Of a DNA stretch of 64,000 nucleotides, positions 48,627 through 58,977 are shown piece by piece. The notes under the pieces are model-generated. The model worked only from the letters and a program-made list of their open reading frames with translations, was not told the origin of the DNA and did no database searches. The DNA lies in contig JBNJNM010000023.1 in assembly GCA_052426225.1 (NCBI GenBank), positions 868,001 to 932,000 on the forward strand, written 5' to 3'. This DNA comes from Zancudomyces culisetae HAW-14-8 (taxonomy: Eukaryota > Fungi > Kickxellomycota). The translations under genes were made by a program, and so were the position numbers. Position 1 is the first letter of the stretch. Every line of letters begins with the position of its first letter.

Positions 48627-51600
48627 TACCTGGGAAGTTATTACTGGGTTCTCGTTACCTATTTAGCGTTAATAATCTTACAGACAGTTTAAGGAAATTC
48701 ACTTTTCCAATAAAGTTATCTTATAACAACATTACGGTCCCAATAATGGCACTAATTGACTCCGGTGCCACAGGAAACTTTATTCAGGAGAAGTTAGCTA
48801 AAAGATTAAACCTTCCCAGAAAACCAATATCACAACACATCGAGTTAGAAACCATCGACGGTAATAAAATAACTGGATCACCCATAACTGAAACTTGTAT
48901 TGGGTTTACACTAACATTATCTAATAACCACTGTGAAGAAATATCATTACTACCTATAAACTCAATTGATATAGCCATAGTCTTGGGATTACCTTGGTTA
49001 CGTAAACATAATCCACAAATACACTGGATTAATCATTCATTATCTTTCAACTCCAATTACTGTGTACACAACTGTATTAGCAATCCAAAGAGAATAGATG
49101 CTGTATTCAGAGCCCCAATTCATGAACATTCTGATATCGAGGCAGATAGACCTAGTAGCCCAGATATTTCTTCAGATGAAGAATTCTATGATGCCCCGTC
49201 TGAGCCCATAAATAAAACCCAAACCGAAAGCAATCACCCAGTACCATTTTCCATCAATACGGATAACGTCAACACATCCAACTCCGCAGATCCTATACAT
49301 ATTCCACCACAATATCATGATTTACAATCGGTATTTGATCCAGTCGAAGCAGACAGATTACCACCAAACAGAAGTTATGATTGCCCAATAGAATTAACGT
49401 CAAACATATTACCGAAAATGGGACCCATATACCCATTGTCGGTTGTCGAGTCACAAGCACTGTACGATTACATCCAAGAAAATTTAAAAAAGGGTTTTAT
49501 AGTTAAATCAAAGTCACAAATAGGAGCACCAATAATGTTTGTAGATAAAAAGGACGGTGGCCTACGCCCTTGTGTTGATTATCGAAAGATAAACGAAATA
49601 ACAGCAAAAAATATATACCCTTTACCGAGAATAGATGAATCGTTCGATCATCTAAGTAAGGCAAAATACTTCACCAAATTAGACTTAAGAGGAGCATATA
49701 ACCTAGTACGAATCAGACCTGGTGATGAATGGAAGACTGCTTTCAGATGCAGATACGGTTTATATGAATACAGGGTGATGCCATTCGGGCTCACTAATGC
49801 CCCAGCCACATTCCAGACGTTTATGAATGATATACTCAGAGAAGCACTGGATATATATGCTATTGCATACCTTGACGACATACTTATATTTTCATCTAGT
49901 CTAGAGGAACACTACAGCCATGTAAGAACAATACTAAAAATACTCAAGGAAAACAAACTGTATGCAAAACTAGAAAAATGTAAATTCCACCAAACATCGA
50001 TCGATTTCTTAGGCCACGTAATAAGCCAAAAAGGTATAACATCTGATCCCCAAAAAGTAGCCAAGTTGATCGACTGGGAAATACCAAAAACAATTAAAGA
50101 TATACAAGTATTCTTAGGTTTTGTAAACTATTACAGAAAATTTATCCCAAATATGGCAAACATCGCGTTACCCTTAACAAATTTACTAAAAAAGGATATA
50201 GCATTTAAATGGAACAACGAAGAACAGAATTCGTTTACTACACTCATTAGACATCTAGCTGGATTACCTTTACTCTCTTATCCTAACCATGACAAACAAT
50301 ATATCGTGGAGACTGACGCTTCGGATTACGCTATGGGAGCAATATTATCGCAGTATGATGAAGATAATGAATTAAGACCTGTTGCATACTACTCTAGAAA
50401 GTTCACCCCAGCGGAAATCAATTACGACATCTACGATAAGGAAATGCTTGCCATTGTTACAGCAATGAAAGAATGGAGACATTACCTCGAAGGTACACAG
50501 CAAACTACAATTGTATATACGGATCACAAAAATCTAGAACACTTTAAGAATGCTCAAACCTTAAACCGACGGCACGCAAGATGGTCACTTACGCTATCAC
50601 GATATAACTTCCTTATTACATACAGACCGGGAACTGAGGGTGGCAAACCTGACGCACTGTCTAGAAGATCTGAATACCAACAAGGTCCTCCACTACCTAA
50701 AAACATCTTTCGCAATACCAACTTCCTTTACGCAATTATCCAGCCACATAACCCTATATTATCTAAAATCCTAAACGAGTCTAAGAAAGACAAATATGCA
50801 ATTAAGTTACTGAAAAAAATAAATTTACCGACCAAATCAAATAATGATAAACAACCGATATATCGAATTGACAATGGAATAATAAAGTACAAAGAAAGAA
50901 TATATTTACCAGAAAGCACTAGGCTGGATGTTATCAAGATGCACCATGATTCAACAACTGCTGGACACTATGGAATTAAGAAAACTTTAGACCTGTTACG
51001 TCGCACATTTTGGTTCCCTGATATGAATAACTATGTAAGGAAATATATAGAAACATGCGATATCTGTAAAAGAACAAAAATACCTCGACACAGAAAGTTT
51101 GGATTACTAACACCTTTACCAGTTCCATCAGGTCCGTGGAAATCAGTTACAATGGATTTTATTGTAGAGTTACCACCATCCAACGGGTATACAACTATAC
51201 TAGTAATGGTAGACCGGTTTACAAAGATGGCTAAATTCGTGCCTATCAAGAAACTTCCCACTGCGCAACAAACTGCTGACATCTTCCTGAAACATATTTT
51301 CTCTAACTATGGATTACCAGAAGAAATAATCACTGACCGAGGTAGCCAATTTACTTCAAAGTTTTGGCAAAGATTACTAAAACTACTGAAAATAAAATCT
51401 AAACTCTCTTCAGCATTCCATCCAGAAACTGACGGTCAGTCAGAAAGAACAAACCAAACTCTCGAACAATACCTTAGAGCTTTTATCTCTTATCAACAAG
51501 ATAATTGGGACACGCTATTACCTATGGCAGAGTTTTCGTATAATAATTCTAAACACTCATCTACAAAGTCATCGCCGTTTTACAGTCTCATGGGATATCA

Positions 51601-52192
51601 CCCGAACTTCACTACAATCAAATTATCAACTACACAAGTACCCGAAGCAGATGAACACATAAATAACTTAAGAAAAATAAATACATTATTAAAAACTAAT
51701 TTATATAATTCTAACAAAAAATCTAAGTTATACGCGGATAGGAAAAGAACAAGTGGACCTGAAATCAAGCCAAACGATCTAGTGTGGTTAAATGCAAAGA
51801 ATATAAAAACTGACAGACCATCAAAGAAGTTAGACCACCAATTTCTTGGACCATTCAAAGTATTAAAAAGGATAGGAAAAGTAGCTTATAAACTAGAATT
51901 ACCAGAGTCGATGAAGATTCATCCTACATTTCATATTTCGCTATTGGAACCATACAAACCTAATGAAATTCCAGGACGAGTCAAGGAACCACCTCCAGCA
52001 ATCACAGTCGAAGGACAAAATGAATACGAAGTAGCAAAAATACTCGATTCAAGAAAACGATACAACAAAATCGAGTACTTGGTTGATTGGAAAGGACATA
52101 GCGCAGCTGAACGATCTTGGGAACCTAGTGAGAATTTAAACTGTGACCGCCTACTTAATTTATACCACAAGAATCATCCTTACAAACCATAA
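48605..52192 (+). CDS. pol: Chromovirus C Pol (PR-RT-RH-IN-chromodomain), reached by -1 frameshift
   Basis: LIDSGATG protease, YLDD RT, ETDASD RNase H, HHCC/DDE integrase, GPF motif, chromodomain YLVDWKG. Slippery G GGA AAA at 48605-48611. Confidence 0.93.
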   Translation, partial: GKSPHSVIPGKLLLGSRYLFSVNNLTDSLRKFTFPIKLSYNNITVPIMALIDSGATGNFIQEKLAKRLNLPRKPISQHIELETIDGNKITGSPITETCIGFTLTLSNNHCEEISLLPINSIDIAIVLGLPWLRKHNPQIHWINHSLSFNSNYCVHNCISNPKRIDAVFRAPIHEHSDIEADRPSSPDISSDEEFYDAPSEPINKTQTESNHPVPFSINTDNVNTSNSADPIHIPPQYHDLQSVFDPVEADRLPPNRSYDCPIELTSNILPKMGPIYPLSVVESQALYDYIQENLKKGFIVKSKSQIGAPIMFVDKKDGGLRPCVDYRKINEITAKNIYPLPRIDESFDHLSKAKYFTKLDLRGAYNLVRIRPGDEWKTAFRCRYGLYEYRVMPFGLTNAPATFQTFMNDILREALDIYAIAYLDDILIFSSSLEEHYSHVRTILKILKENKLYAKLEKCKFHQTSIDFLGHVISQKGITSDPQKVAKLIDWEIPKTIKDIQVFLGFVNYYRKFIPNMANIALPLTNLLKKDIAFKWNNEEQNSFTTLIRHLAGLPLLSYPNHDKQYIVETDASDYAMGAILSQYDEDNELRPVAYYSRKFTPAEINYDIYDKEMLAIVTAMKEWRHYLEGTQQTTIVYTDHKNLEHFKNAQTLNRRHARWSLTLSRYNFLITYRPGTEGGKPDALSRRSEYQQGPPLPKNIFRNTNFLYAIIQPHNPILSKILNESKKDKYAIKLLKKINLPTKSNNDKQPIYRIDNGIIKYKERIYLPESTRLDVIKMHHDSTTAGHYGIKKTLDLLRRTFWFPDMNNYVRKYIETCDICKRTKIPRHRKFGLLTPLPVPSGPWKSVTMDFIVELPPSNGYTTILVMVDRFTKMAKFVPIKKLPTAQQTADIFLKHIFSNYGLPEEIITDRGSQFTSKFWQRLLKLLKIKSKLSSAFHPETDGQSERTNQTLEQYLRAFISYQQDNWDTLLPMAEFSYNNSKHSSTKSSPFYSLMGYHPNFTTIKLSTTQVPEADEHINNLRKINTLLKTNLYNSNKKSKLYADRKRTSGPEIKPNDLVWLNAKNIKTDRPSKKLDHQFLGPFKVLKRIGKVAYKLELPESMKIHPTFHISLLEPYKPNEIPGRVKEPPPAITVEGQNEYEVAKILDSRKRYNKIEYLVDWKGHSAAERSWEPSENLNCDRLLNLYHKNHPYKP

Positions 52193-52220
52193 AAAAAAAA
52201 AAAAAAAAAAAAAAATAAGA

Positions 52221-52374
52221 TGGACCCCCGAGGAATCGAACCTCGGCCATCATTATGATTGGCAAAATTGAATCAATATCCTGCATCATTACCACCTAAA
52301 GGATTCAGCAATGACTCGAACTCGCATTCACCAGACCACAATCATGAGACATACCGACTATGCCATTGAGGCCC
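52221..52374 (-). ncRNA. tRNA-derived Pol III-type unit in the 3' UTR of chromovirus C, antisense
   Basis: A box TGGCATAGTCGG; T-arm CGAGG-TTCGATT-CCTCG; GGGCCTC can pair with GGGGTCC-A; a second B-box-like GAGTTCGAGTC; followed by a ~T25 run. Confidence 0.6.
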
Positions 52375-52735
52375 GAGGCCTATACAGTTATAAATACTCA
52401 AGTCTAAAGGGGGGGGTAGTGTTATGGTTTTAAATTATATGAAACCTTTGTCTCCACAGGACAATGTTTCATATAATTTATCAATTATAACCATAACATT
52501 TACCGACCTCCACATTATTAATTTAAATGTTTTAGTTATGTTTTAGTTATGTTTTAAATTAGTATAATTTTAAAATTATCGTCCCATCATGAAAAGTATA
52601 TAAGCTATACGATTATCATGATGGAACGATAAGTTTTACAACGAGTTTAGTTTCGTTTAGTTTATTCACTTATAGTCTAGTTTACTAATAAATATATTTT
52701 ATCCAAGTCCAGACCTTGACAATAATGGAATTAAA

Positions 52736-52737
<2 letters not shown>

Positions 52738-52784
<47 letters not shown>

Positions 52785-52844
52785 GACTGTGACTGTGACT
52801 GTGACTGTGACTGTTGCTCTTGCTATTGCTGTGACTGTTGCTGT

Positions 52845-52876
<32 letters not shown>

Positions 52877-52882
52877 TTGCTG
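52738..52882. repeat. (CTGTTG)/(CTGTGA) microsatellite within the PR-RT linker of element A
   Basis: Hexamer repeats that produce the spurious poly-Cys ORF on the + strand. Confidence 0.85.
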
Positions 52883-54594
52883 TATCATCGGCTGTAATTT
52901 ATGCTCTTTAAATGATTTTGACTGTGGCTGTGATGGTAATATAGGCTGTGATTGTATCAAGGGCTGTGATGTTTGTCGTGGTATTTCCTGTGACGTTAAA
53001 ATGGGAAAGGTATATGGGGTGGGTATTGTATTTTTTTTTTCATTTTTAACTTTTGTTTTTACTTGTTTTATATTATTACTTTGTAATTTAATGTGATGTT
53101 TCGCATTTTCTTTGCAATTGGTACTACATTAATAGTTATTAAATATATCCTTGCGGGTTTTCCAAATAATTGTTGGATTATGTAGTTCAAGCCACGGGAG
53201 ACCCAAGATAATATCAGCATGATGGCAGTTAATAATTTCAAAGACGATGGTTTCAAAATGATTATTATTTATTGAAAGTTCAAGAGGTTCTGTGGTATGT
53301 GTTATTGGACCTGATGTCATAGAACTCCATCAATGAATTCAATTGAAACAGGAATTCACTTTGGTATAGTATTTATATTATTTTGGTTTACAATGGATTT
53401 GTTGATGAATAAACCTGTGCGCCAGAGTCTATCATTGCTAATAATTTGACGGATGTGTTGTTGAACATAATTTTTATGGGCAGCAGGAAACGATAAGGAT
53501 GTATGTTGGAATTAAGTGTTCCAATTATATTTTGTGAATTTTAAGAGAAAAAATTAGGAATACTGTTAAAATTATCTATCTTGTTCAGGTTTAACTTCCC
53601 AATTAAACCTGAGCCTTGGCTTTTTCCAGTTTTTTATTCTTTGCTGGACAGGTGTTAACTTGATGTCTTTCGCTACCACAATAGAAACAAAGATTGAGTT
53701 TGTTTCTTCTCTTCCTTTCTGCTTGTGTTACTGTACGTTGAGCTGAATCCACTTGCATGTATTCAGTTTTTTCAGTAATGGGAATGGTCGAAATTATCCT
53801 CTGGGTGCCTCTGCGTTTTCTCAGTTTTTCTTCCTTACGACGAGTGAGTCTCGCATCAACTGTAGTAGCGGCATTGATGTATCCTCTAAGTCAGTAGGCG
53901 TTTGGAATAATGCTAAGGTGTCTAATACCGATTCGTTTAATCCTTCGGAAAATTGTGATACGCAGGCAGCTTCATTCCAGTCGAGATCCATGATTAACCT
54001 ACGGAATTTTGAAGCATACATGGTTACTGAAGAATCACCTTGTTTTAGTGCTCTTATAGCATCATTTGCTGTTTGGGCACGTTGTGGATCATCAAATACT
54101 TTTGCAATTTCTTCCGTGAATAGATCGAAATTATGTAAACAGGACTATTTTTTTTGATGTATGGACTTGCCCAACGTAATGCATTGCCTGTAAGAAGAGA
54201 CATAATAAGTCCAACTCTATTAGCCGAAGAAGGATAATGGCCAGGTTGTGTAAAGAATACGAGGCGACACTGATTGATAAATCCTCTAAATTTGGTACGG
54301 TCACCATCATAACGTTCAGGTAGAGCTATCTTAACAGGTTGAGTATGGATGGTGATTGACAATAGATTAGGATCTGTTACTGCAGCTGGTTCTGGTATTG
54401 CAACATGGTCTGGTGTTATGGCTGGGTCTGAACTTTGTGCTAGATGGTTTTCTACGAGTTGAGCTTGATTTGCAATGATCGTTTGCAGTCTTTCGTTATC
54501 CTTTCTTAATCTTTCCAATTCGATTAAGAGTTGTTCGAGGTTTATTTCTTGTGTAGACATGATATAGTAGGTAGTGATAATAGCGATAAAATAA

Positions 54595-54906
54595 TGTCAC
54601 GATTGACACTAGGTACTATTGTTGCATGAAAATATTTTATTTAGGATAAGATAATATTTTATCGCTAAGGATTTCATAGCGAAAATTATTACTTTATATA
54701 TTCAATAAATATTACTAATAATAACATGTACTAATATTATAATTAACTATTGTAAGATTAATGTTATAATTATAATTTTGGTTTTGTGTTAGTATCATTA
54801 CTTAAGTAAATGATTAAAACAACAAAATGTTTCAATTAAAATAAGTGTTTTGAATCAGTATTGTAACAATACTAATTCAAAATCTTTTCATGTCATATTC
54901 ATGTCA
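54595..54906 (-). repeat. 5' LTR of chromovirus A (312 bp)
   Basis: Matches 37918-38227. On the minus strand it is followed by the PBS and the gag ATG at 54560. Confidence 0.92.
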
Positions 54907-56440
54907 ATCCCACAGCGACATTTCAAGATGGAGTCGCTCACAACTATCTCCAGAATGATCCGCAAAGGGGATTATATGACCAGCATAGACCTCAGCGATG
55001 CATTTCTACACGTATTGATCAACAAAACGTCCAGAAAGTATCTCAGGTTTACATGGGGCGGTCGCACCTACCAGTACAGGGTGCTCCCATTTGGTCTATC
55101 TTTAAGCCCACTAGTATTCACAAAAATACTAAAACCAGTACTGAAATGGGCCAGAGCTCGCGGGATACGAATTTCGAGCTATTTGGACGATTTGTTAATC
55201 TTAGGATCAACAAAAACAGAGTGTCTAAAGTTCACAAACATGGTATCCAAGAAACTGGTGAAACTGGGATTTTTGATCAACCAGGAAAAGTCATCAATAC
55301 ATCCCAAACAATGTATTACGCATCTTGGGATGAACATCAACAGCCGTCAAATGAGTTTCAAGATACCCAAACAGAAACTCAAAGATTTAGCGAGAGAGGC
55401 ATCCAGGTTGATACACAAAGGGTTTACAACACTGAAGGATCTGGCATCATTCATTAGCAAAACGCAGGCAGTGAATATAGCACTCAGACCAGGACGACTG
55501 ATGAGCAGGAAGTTGTTAGAGCTCAAAAACAACACTCTGAAACGCACCACGGATTGGAGATCACCGGTAACATTGAATCAGCCCGCACTGGACAATCTGA
55601 CGTGGTGGAGGGACCATCTGAAGCAATGGAATGGTCTATGCTTGCTCCCGGAGACCCCAGAGATAGAAGTATATACAGATGCGAGCGACAATCACTGGGG
55701 GATAGTGATAGACAGCAATCAGTAAACGGGGACATGGACACGACAACAGATGAAGCTCCCTATCAATGCAAAAGAATTATTAGCAATCCAGTATGCAGTG
55801 AAGCTGCCACAGGTTCAGGGAAAGAGTGTTGTTGTATATTGCGACAACAACACATCAATCAGCTACATCAAGAAGCATGGGGGAACCAAATCAGTGAATC
55901 TGATGGACATTTCGGAAGCAATTTGGAAACATTGCATCAGCAATGGTACTCGGGTTCAGATTCAGTATGTGCCATCAATACTGAATCCAGCGGATGCACC
56001 ATCACGTTTAACAGCTCAAACAGAGTGGTCACTATCAGACAAGATGTTTCAGAAGATACAGAAACAGTTTGGTCCACACGATGTGGACATGTTTGCCAAC
56101 AACAACAACCACAAACTACCAACATTTGTGAGTTGGAAATTGACACCAGAAGCAGCGAAAACGAATGCATTCAATCATCATTGGAGCATTTGGACGAATC
56201 CATACCTTTGTTCACCATGGAATCTGATACAGAAAACATTACAGAAGATCAGCCAGGACAAAGTATCAGCGACATTGATAACACCGTTTTGGAGGTCAGC
56301 ACCATGGTATCCAGATCTCAAGAGCATGCTAATAGCTCCACCGATCAAGATATTAGCTCCACAGATAATTCCGGATCCAAAAAGCGGAAAGCAAGTGACA
56401 CTGATAAACAAAACATGGTCGCTTACGGCTTGGAAATTAA
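54907..56440 (+). pseudogene. DIRS RT (3' part), RNase H and adenine-methyltransferase-like domain, with one premature stop
   Basis: IDLSDAFLH, LPFGLS, YLDD, YTDAS; in-frame TAA at 55723-55725; INAKELLA, YCDN, NPADAPSR; then DVDMFA...NAF...YLCSPW...ITPFWRSAPWYPDL. Confidence 0.88.
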
Positions 56441-56774
56441 GCGCTCCGAGTGTTGCAAACCATCCGATCCTCGATGAGTACAATTGCACTACCTCATCCG
56501 CAACTTAAAGTATAACGACAAACACATTGGGGCACAACGAATCAGTAAACACATTAATTTATTGATGTCACTCTTGCAGTTGCCAGAAAGCGCAAAGTTA
56601 CCAAAAGCTCGAGCATTAGGATCCACTAGAGCTACAAAGCTAGGTGCGACATACGACGATGTTATTGCACAAGTATTTTGGGCAAGTAAAGGTATATTCG
56701 ATAACTATTATCAATTATCACGTAGAACTCGTGAAAATTTTATTCTACACGTATTAAACTCTGAAGCAACATAA
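56440..56774 (+). pseudogene. DIRS tyrosine recombinase, C-terminal remnant only
   Basis: IGAQRISKHI...PKARALGST...WASKGIFDNYY. The N-terminal part is missing through an internal deletion. Confidence 0.75.
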
Positions 56775-56864
56775 TTGTATCTGGATAAGTGAAGCATAAT
56801 AATATGTTTGGTTGAATGAAATGAAAACTTATTATTATTATGCGAACATCCAGATACAATTATG
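56770..56864 (+). other. DIRS internal complementary region (ICR)
   Basis: Its reverse complement equals the right end (...AAACATATTA) joined to the left end (TTATGCTTCACTTATCCAG...), i.e. the circular junction. Confidence 0.9.
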
Positions 56865-57831
56865 TCCCACCCAATTCCCACCCATACCTAGCTCAACGAT
56901 GGTAAAGATTCATCAGGAAACAGGGGACATCAGTTTATATATGGTTTAAATTTATTTTATTTAGTTAGTTTTACTTATTTTATAAAAATTATACAGTGAT
57001 GTCTGTCATTACACACATCATTACGTATAAAGTTTCTAAATTTAAACACTCTTTTTATCGATTTAATTTTTTACCAAATTTTAAGGTAATGGATTAATCG
57101 ATAAAAATAGTATCTAGGAAAGAATTTTCGATTTATAATAAAGATTGGTACACACATAATTGTATCTGGATGTTCGCATAATAATAATATCTTTTCATTT
57201 CATTCAACTAAACATATTATAAAAGCTTTAGAAATTGAATAAACGAGTAAATGCTAAGAAAAAACTACAATAGAATTGTAGTGAGCTGAGGAGGAGGGGA
57301 GGGGTGTTATATTACACTGCGTAATGTGGATAAGCCAAGTAGATGGTAAAAGCTAGTGGAGTTAATATTCGGAACAAAATAAAAGTAAAGAATATCGAAT
57401 ACCATGAGATTGAAATAAAAAAAAAAAGTGGAAGAGAGCGAGGGAGGCGAGGGAGGGATGGGAGAAAGAGAGTCTCAGATGTGCTGGTCGATATAGGCAT
57501 GGTTTCATAGCAAGGTATTTATTCACATTCTTGTATTATCTCTCTTTCCTCGTTGTATCCGGCATTTTTGATAGTGAGAAGAGAAGAAAGTCTTGTCTTT
57601 TACTCTACACCTGACAACGAGTATTTTACATTTGAGGAGGGAAGAAAGGGAGAGGGGAGAGTAAAGTAATAAGCATGAATATTTAGATGTTTATTAAAAA
57701 TCACAAATGTAGTTATGTATTCAAGTCATAACGCTTCCAAAAAAAAATTAAACGAATTAAAGAAAGAAACAAAAAAAGAGATAGAGGCACATATAGGATT
57801 GAAAATTGATGGGTTATAAAGTGCTGGATCT

Positions 57832-58977
57832 TTAATTCATGCGACCACAAAACGTTTGGGCCCAATAATTCCCATACTTGGCCCATCCAAACCATTCGTA
57901 ATTGCCTAGGATATTTGTACGATGACCAGGCGAGTTCATCCACATGGCCATAACATTAGAAACAGTGCCTTGTGGACTAAGAGCAGCATTTTCAGCAAAA
58001 TTCATACAATTGACCTTGGAGGCTTTAAATCGCTCGGAGAACGAGCTATAATTGGAGTTGTCGTGGGTCATCGTTTTTATCGAATCCATGTATTTGGCTT
58101 GTTCCACTGCTGCCGCGTTCAAATTTGAATAGATTTTGAGTGGTGGCTTTCCATTGCTACTGCGAGCGCTATTGACAGCATTTAACATTTCTGTTTCCAT
58201 AGAACTGGATGGTGCTTGTGGTTGTTGTGGTTGTTGTGGTTGTTGCGGTTGTTGCGGTTGTTGTGGTTTTTGTGCTGGAGCAGTATATACAGGCTTTGCA
58301 ATAGGTGTTGGTTGGTTGTTACATTTTGGCTGAATTGTAACAGGGCTGCGTGTAAGGAAGATCGTTTTTGTTGAACAAGCAGGTTTTCTAGGTGGTTGAT
58401 AGCGCCTCGGATTGTATGCGTTGGGTATAACATTGTTAGATAATCCAAGTTGTTGTTGTTGTTGTTGTTCTTGTTGTTGATTTGACTCCAATGTATCGTT
58501 ACCAATATTATCACTATCACTATCGCTATCGCTATCGCCATTACTACTACTATTGTCACTATCACCATTACCATCATTGTTTTGAATGTTATATCCAGGT
58601 GTTGGTTGTAAATCAGTACGTCGTACTTTTGTGTGTGGAGGTCTTTTGTATTTAGAATAGACTTGTACAATCTGACCGTTTTTCAGGGTCATTGGTGTCA
58701 ACTGATAACTTGCGTTATTTGGTTGTACTTTTGACTGTGGTTTTGATATTACATTTTGCTGCACATTTGGTTGTGTTTGTATAGGTCTTGGTGCCAACCC
58801 AAGCCCAGGCCCAGGTCCTGATCCTAATCCTGATCCTGATCCTGATCCTGGTCCAAGTCCTGATGCTGTATGTTGCAACAAGTTGTTACCTGCATCATTT
58901 TTGTTCATATTGATAAAACTCGCTGATGTAATACCACCAGCTGATACCAACAAACAATACCCGGTAATGATCTTCAT
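57832..58977 (-). CDS. Secreted CAP/SCP-domain protein, copy 4
   Basis: N-terminal two-thirds nearly identical to copy 3; CAP domain closer to copies 2 and 5. Confidence 0.9.
   Translation of the reverse strand: MKIITGYCLLVSAGGITSASFINMNKNDAGNNLLQHTASGLGPGSGSGSGLGSGPGPGLGLAPRPIQTQPNVQQNVISKPQSKVQPNNASYQLTPMTLKNGQIVQVYSKYKRPPHTKVRRTDLQPTPGYNIQNNDGNGDSDNSSSNGDSDSDSDSDNIGNDTLESNQQQEQQQQQQLGLSNNVIPNAYNPRRYQPPRKPACSTKTIFLTRSPVTIQPKCNNQPTPIAKPVYTAPAQKPQQPQQPQQPQQPQQPQAPSSSMETEMLNAVNSARSSNGKPPLKIYSNLNAAAVEQAKYMDSIKTMTHDNSNYSSFSERFKASKVNCMNFAENAALSPQGTVSNVMAMWMNSPGHRTNILGNYEWFGWAKYGNYWAQTFCGRMN

Larger units (their letters stand above)
47497..52721 (+). mobile_element. Intact Ty3/Gypsy chromovirus C
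   Basis: Apparently identical 302-bp LTRs (47497-47798 and 52420-52721), TSD ATAAT, open gag and pol, G-rich PPT. Confidence 0.97.
37918..54906 (-). mobile_element. Ty3/Gypsy chromovirus A (degenerate; central pol deleted)
   Basis: LTRs 54595-54906 and 37918-38227, with 5-bp TSD ATCCC (37913-37917 and 54907-54911). Gag from 54560 with a CCHC knuckle, protease ~53130-53480, RT start ~46854-47030, integrase/chromodomain ~38240-39147. PPT AAGAGGGAGTAA. Confidence 0.92.
36351..57220 (+). mobile_element. DIRS1-type tyrosine-recombinase retrotransposon (defective; hosts nested insertions)
   Basis: Inverted terminal repeats 36351-36637 and 56898-57220, the right one with an extension. ICR at 56770-56864. 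Carries gag, RT, RNase H, MT and a YR remnant. Confidence 0.92.

Noticed and set aside
52221-52374. Canonical functional tRNA (His or Gly), or a tRNA with a standard intron
   Set aside because: The anticodon stems and spacing do not fit a standard cloverleaf or the 37/38 intron position; kept only as a tRNA-like unit.
52716-53096. Poly-cysteine metallothionein-like ORF
   Set aside because: It starts at a TTG in the LTR end and is the antisense reading of a microsatellite in element A.
55554-56477. 307-aa overlapping ORF as a separate gene
   Set aside because: It resembles the overlapping upstream frame typical of DIRS ORF3, has no domain of its own, and is cut by the YR deletion.
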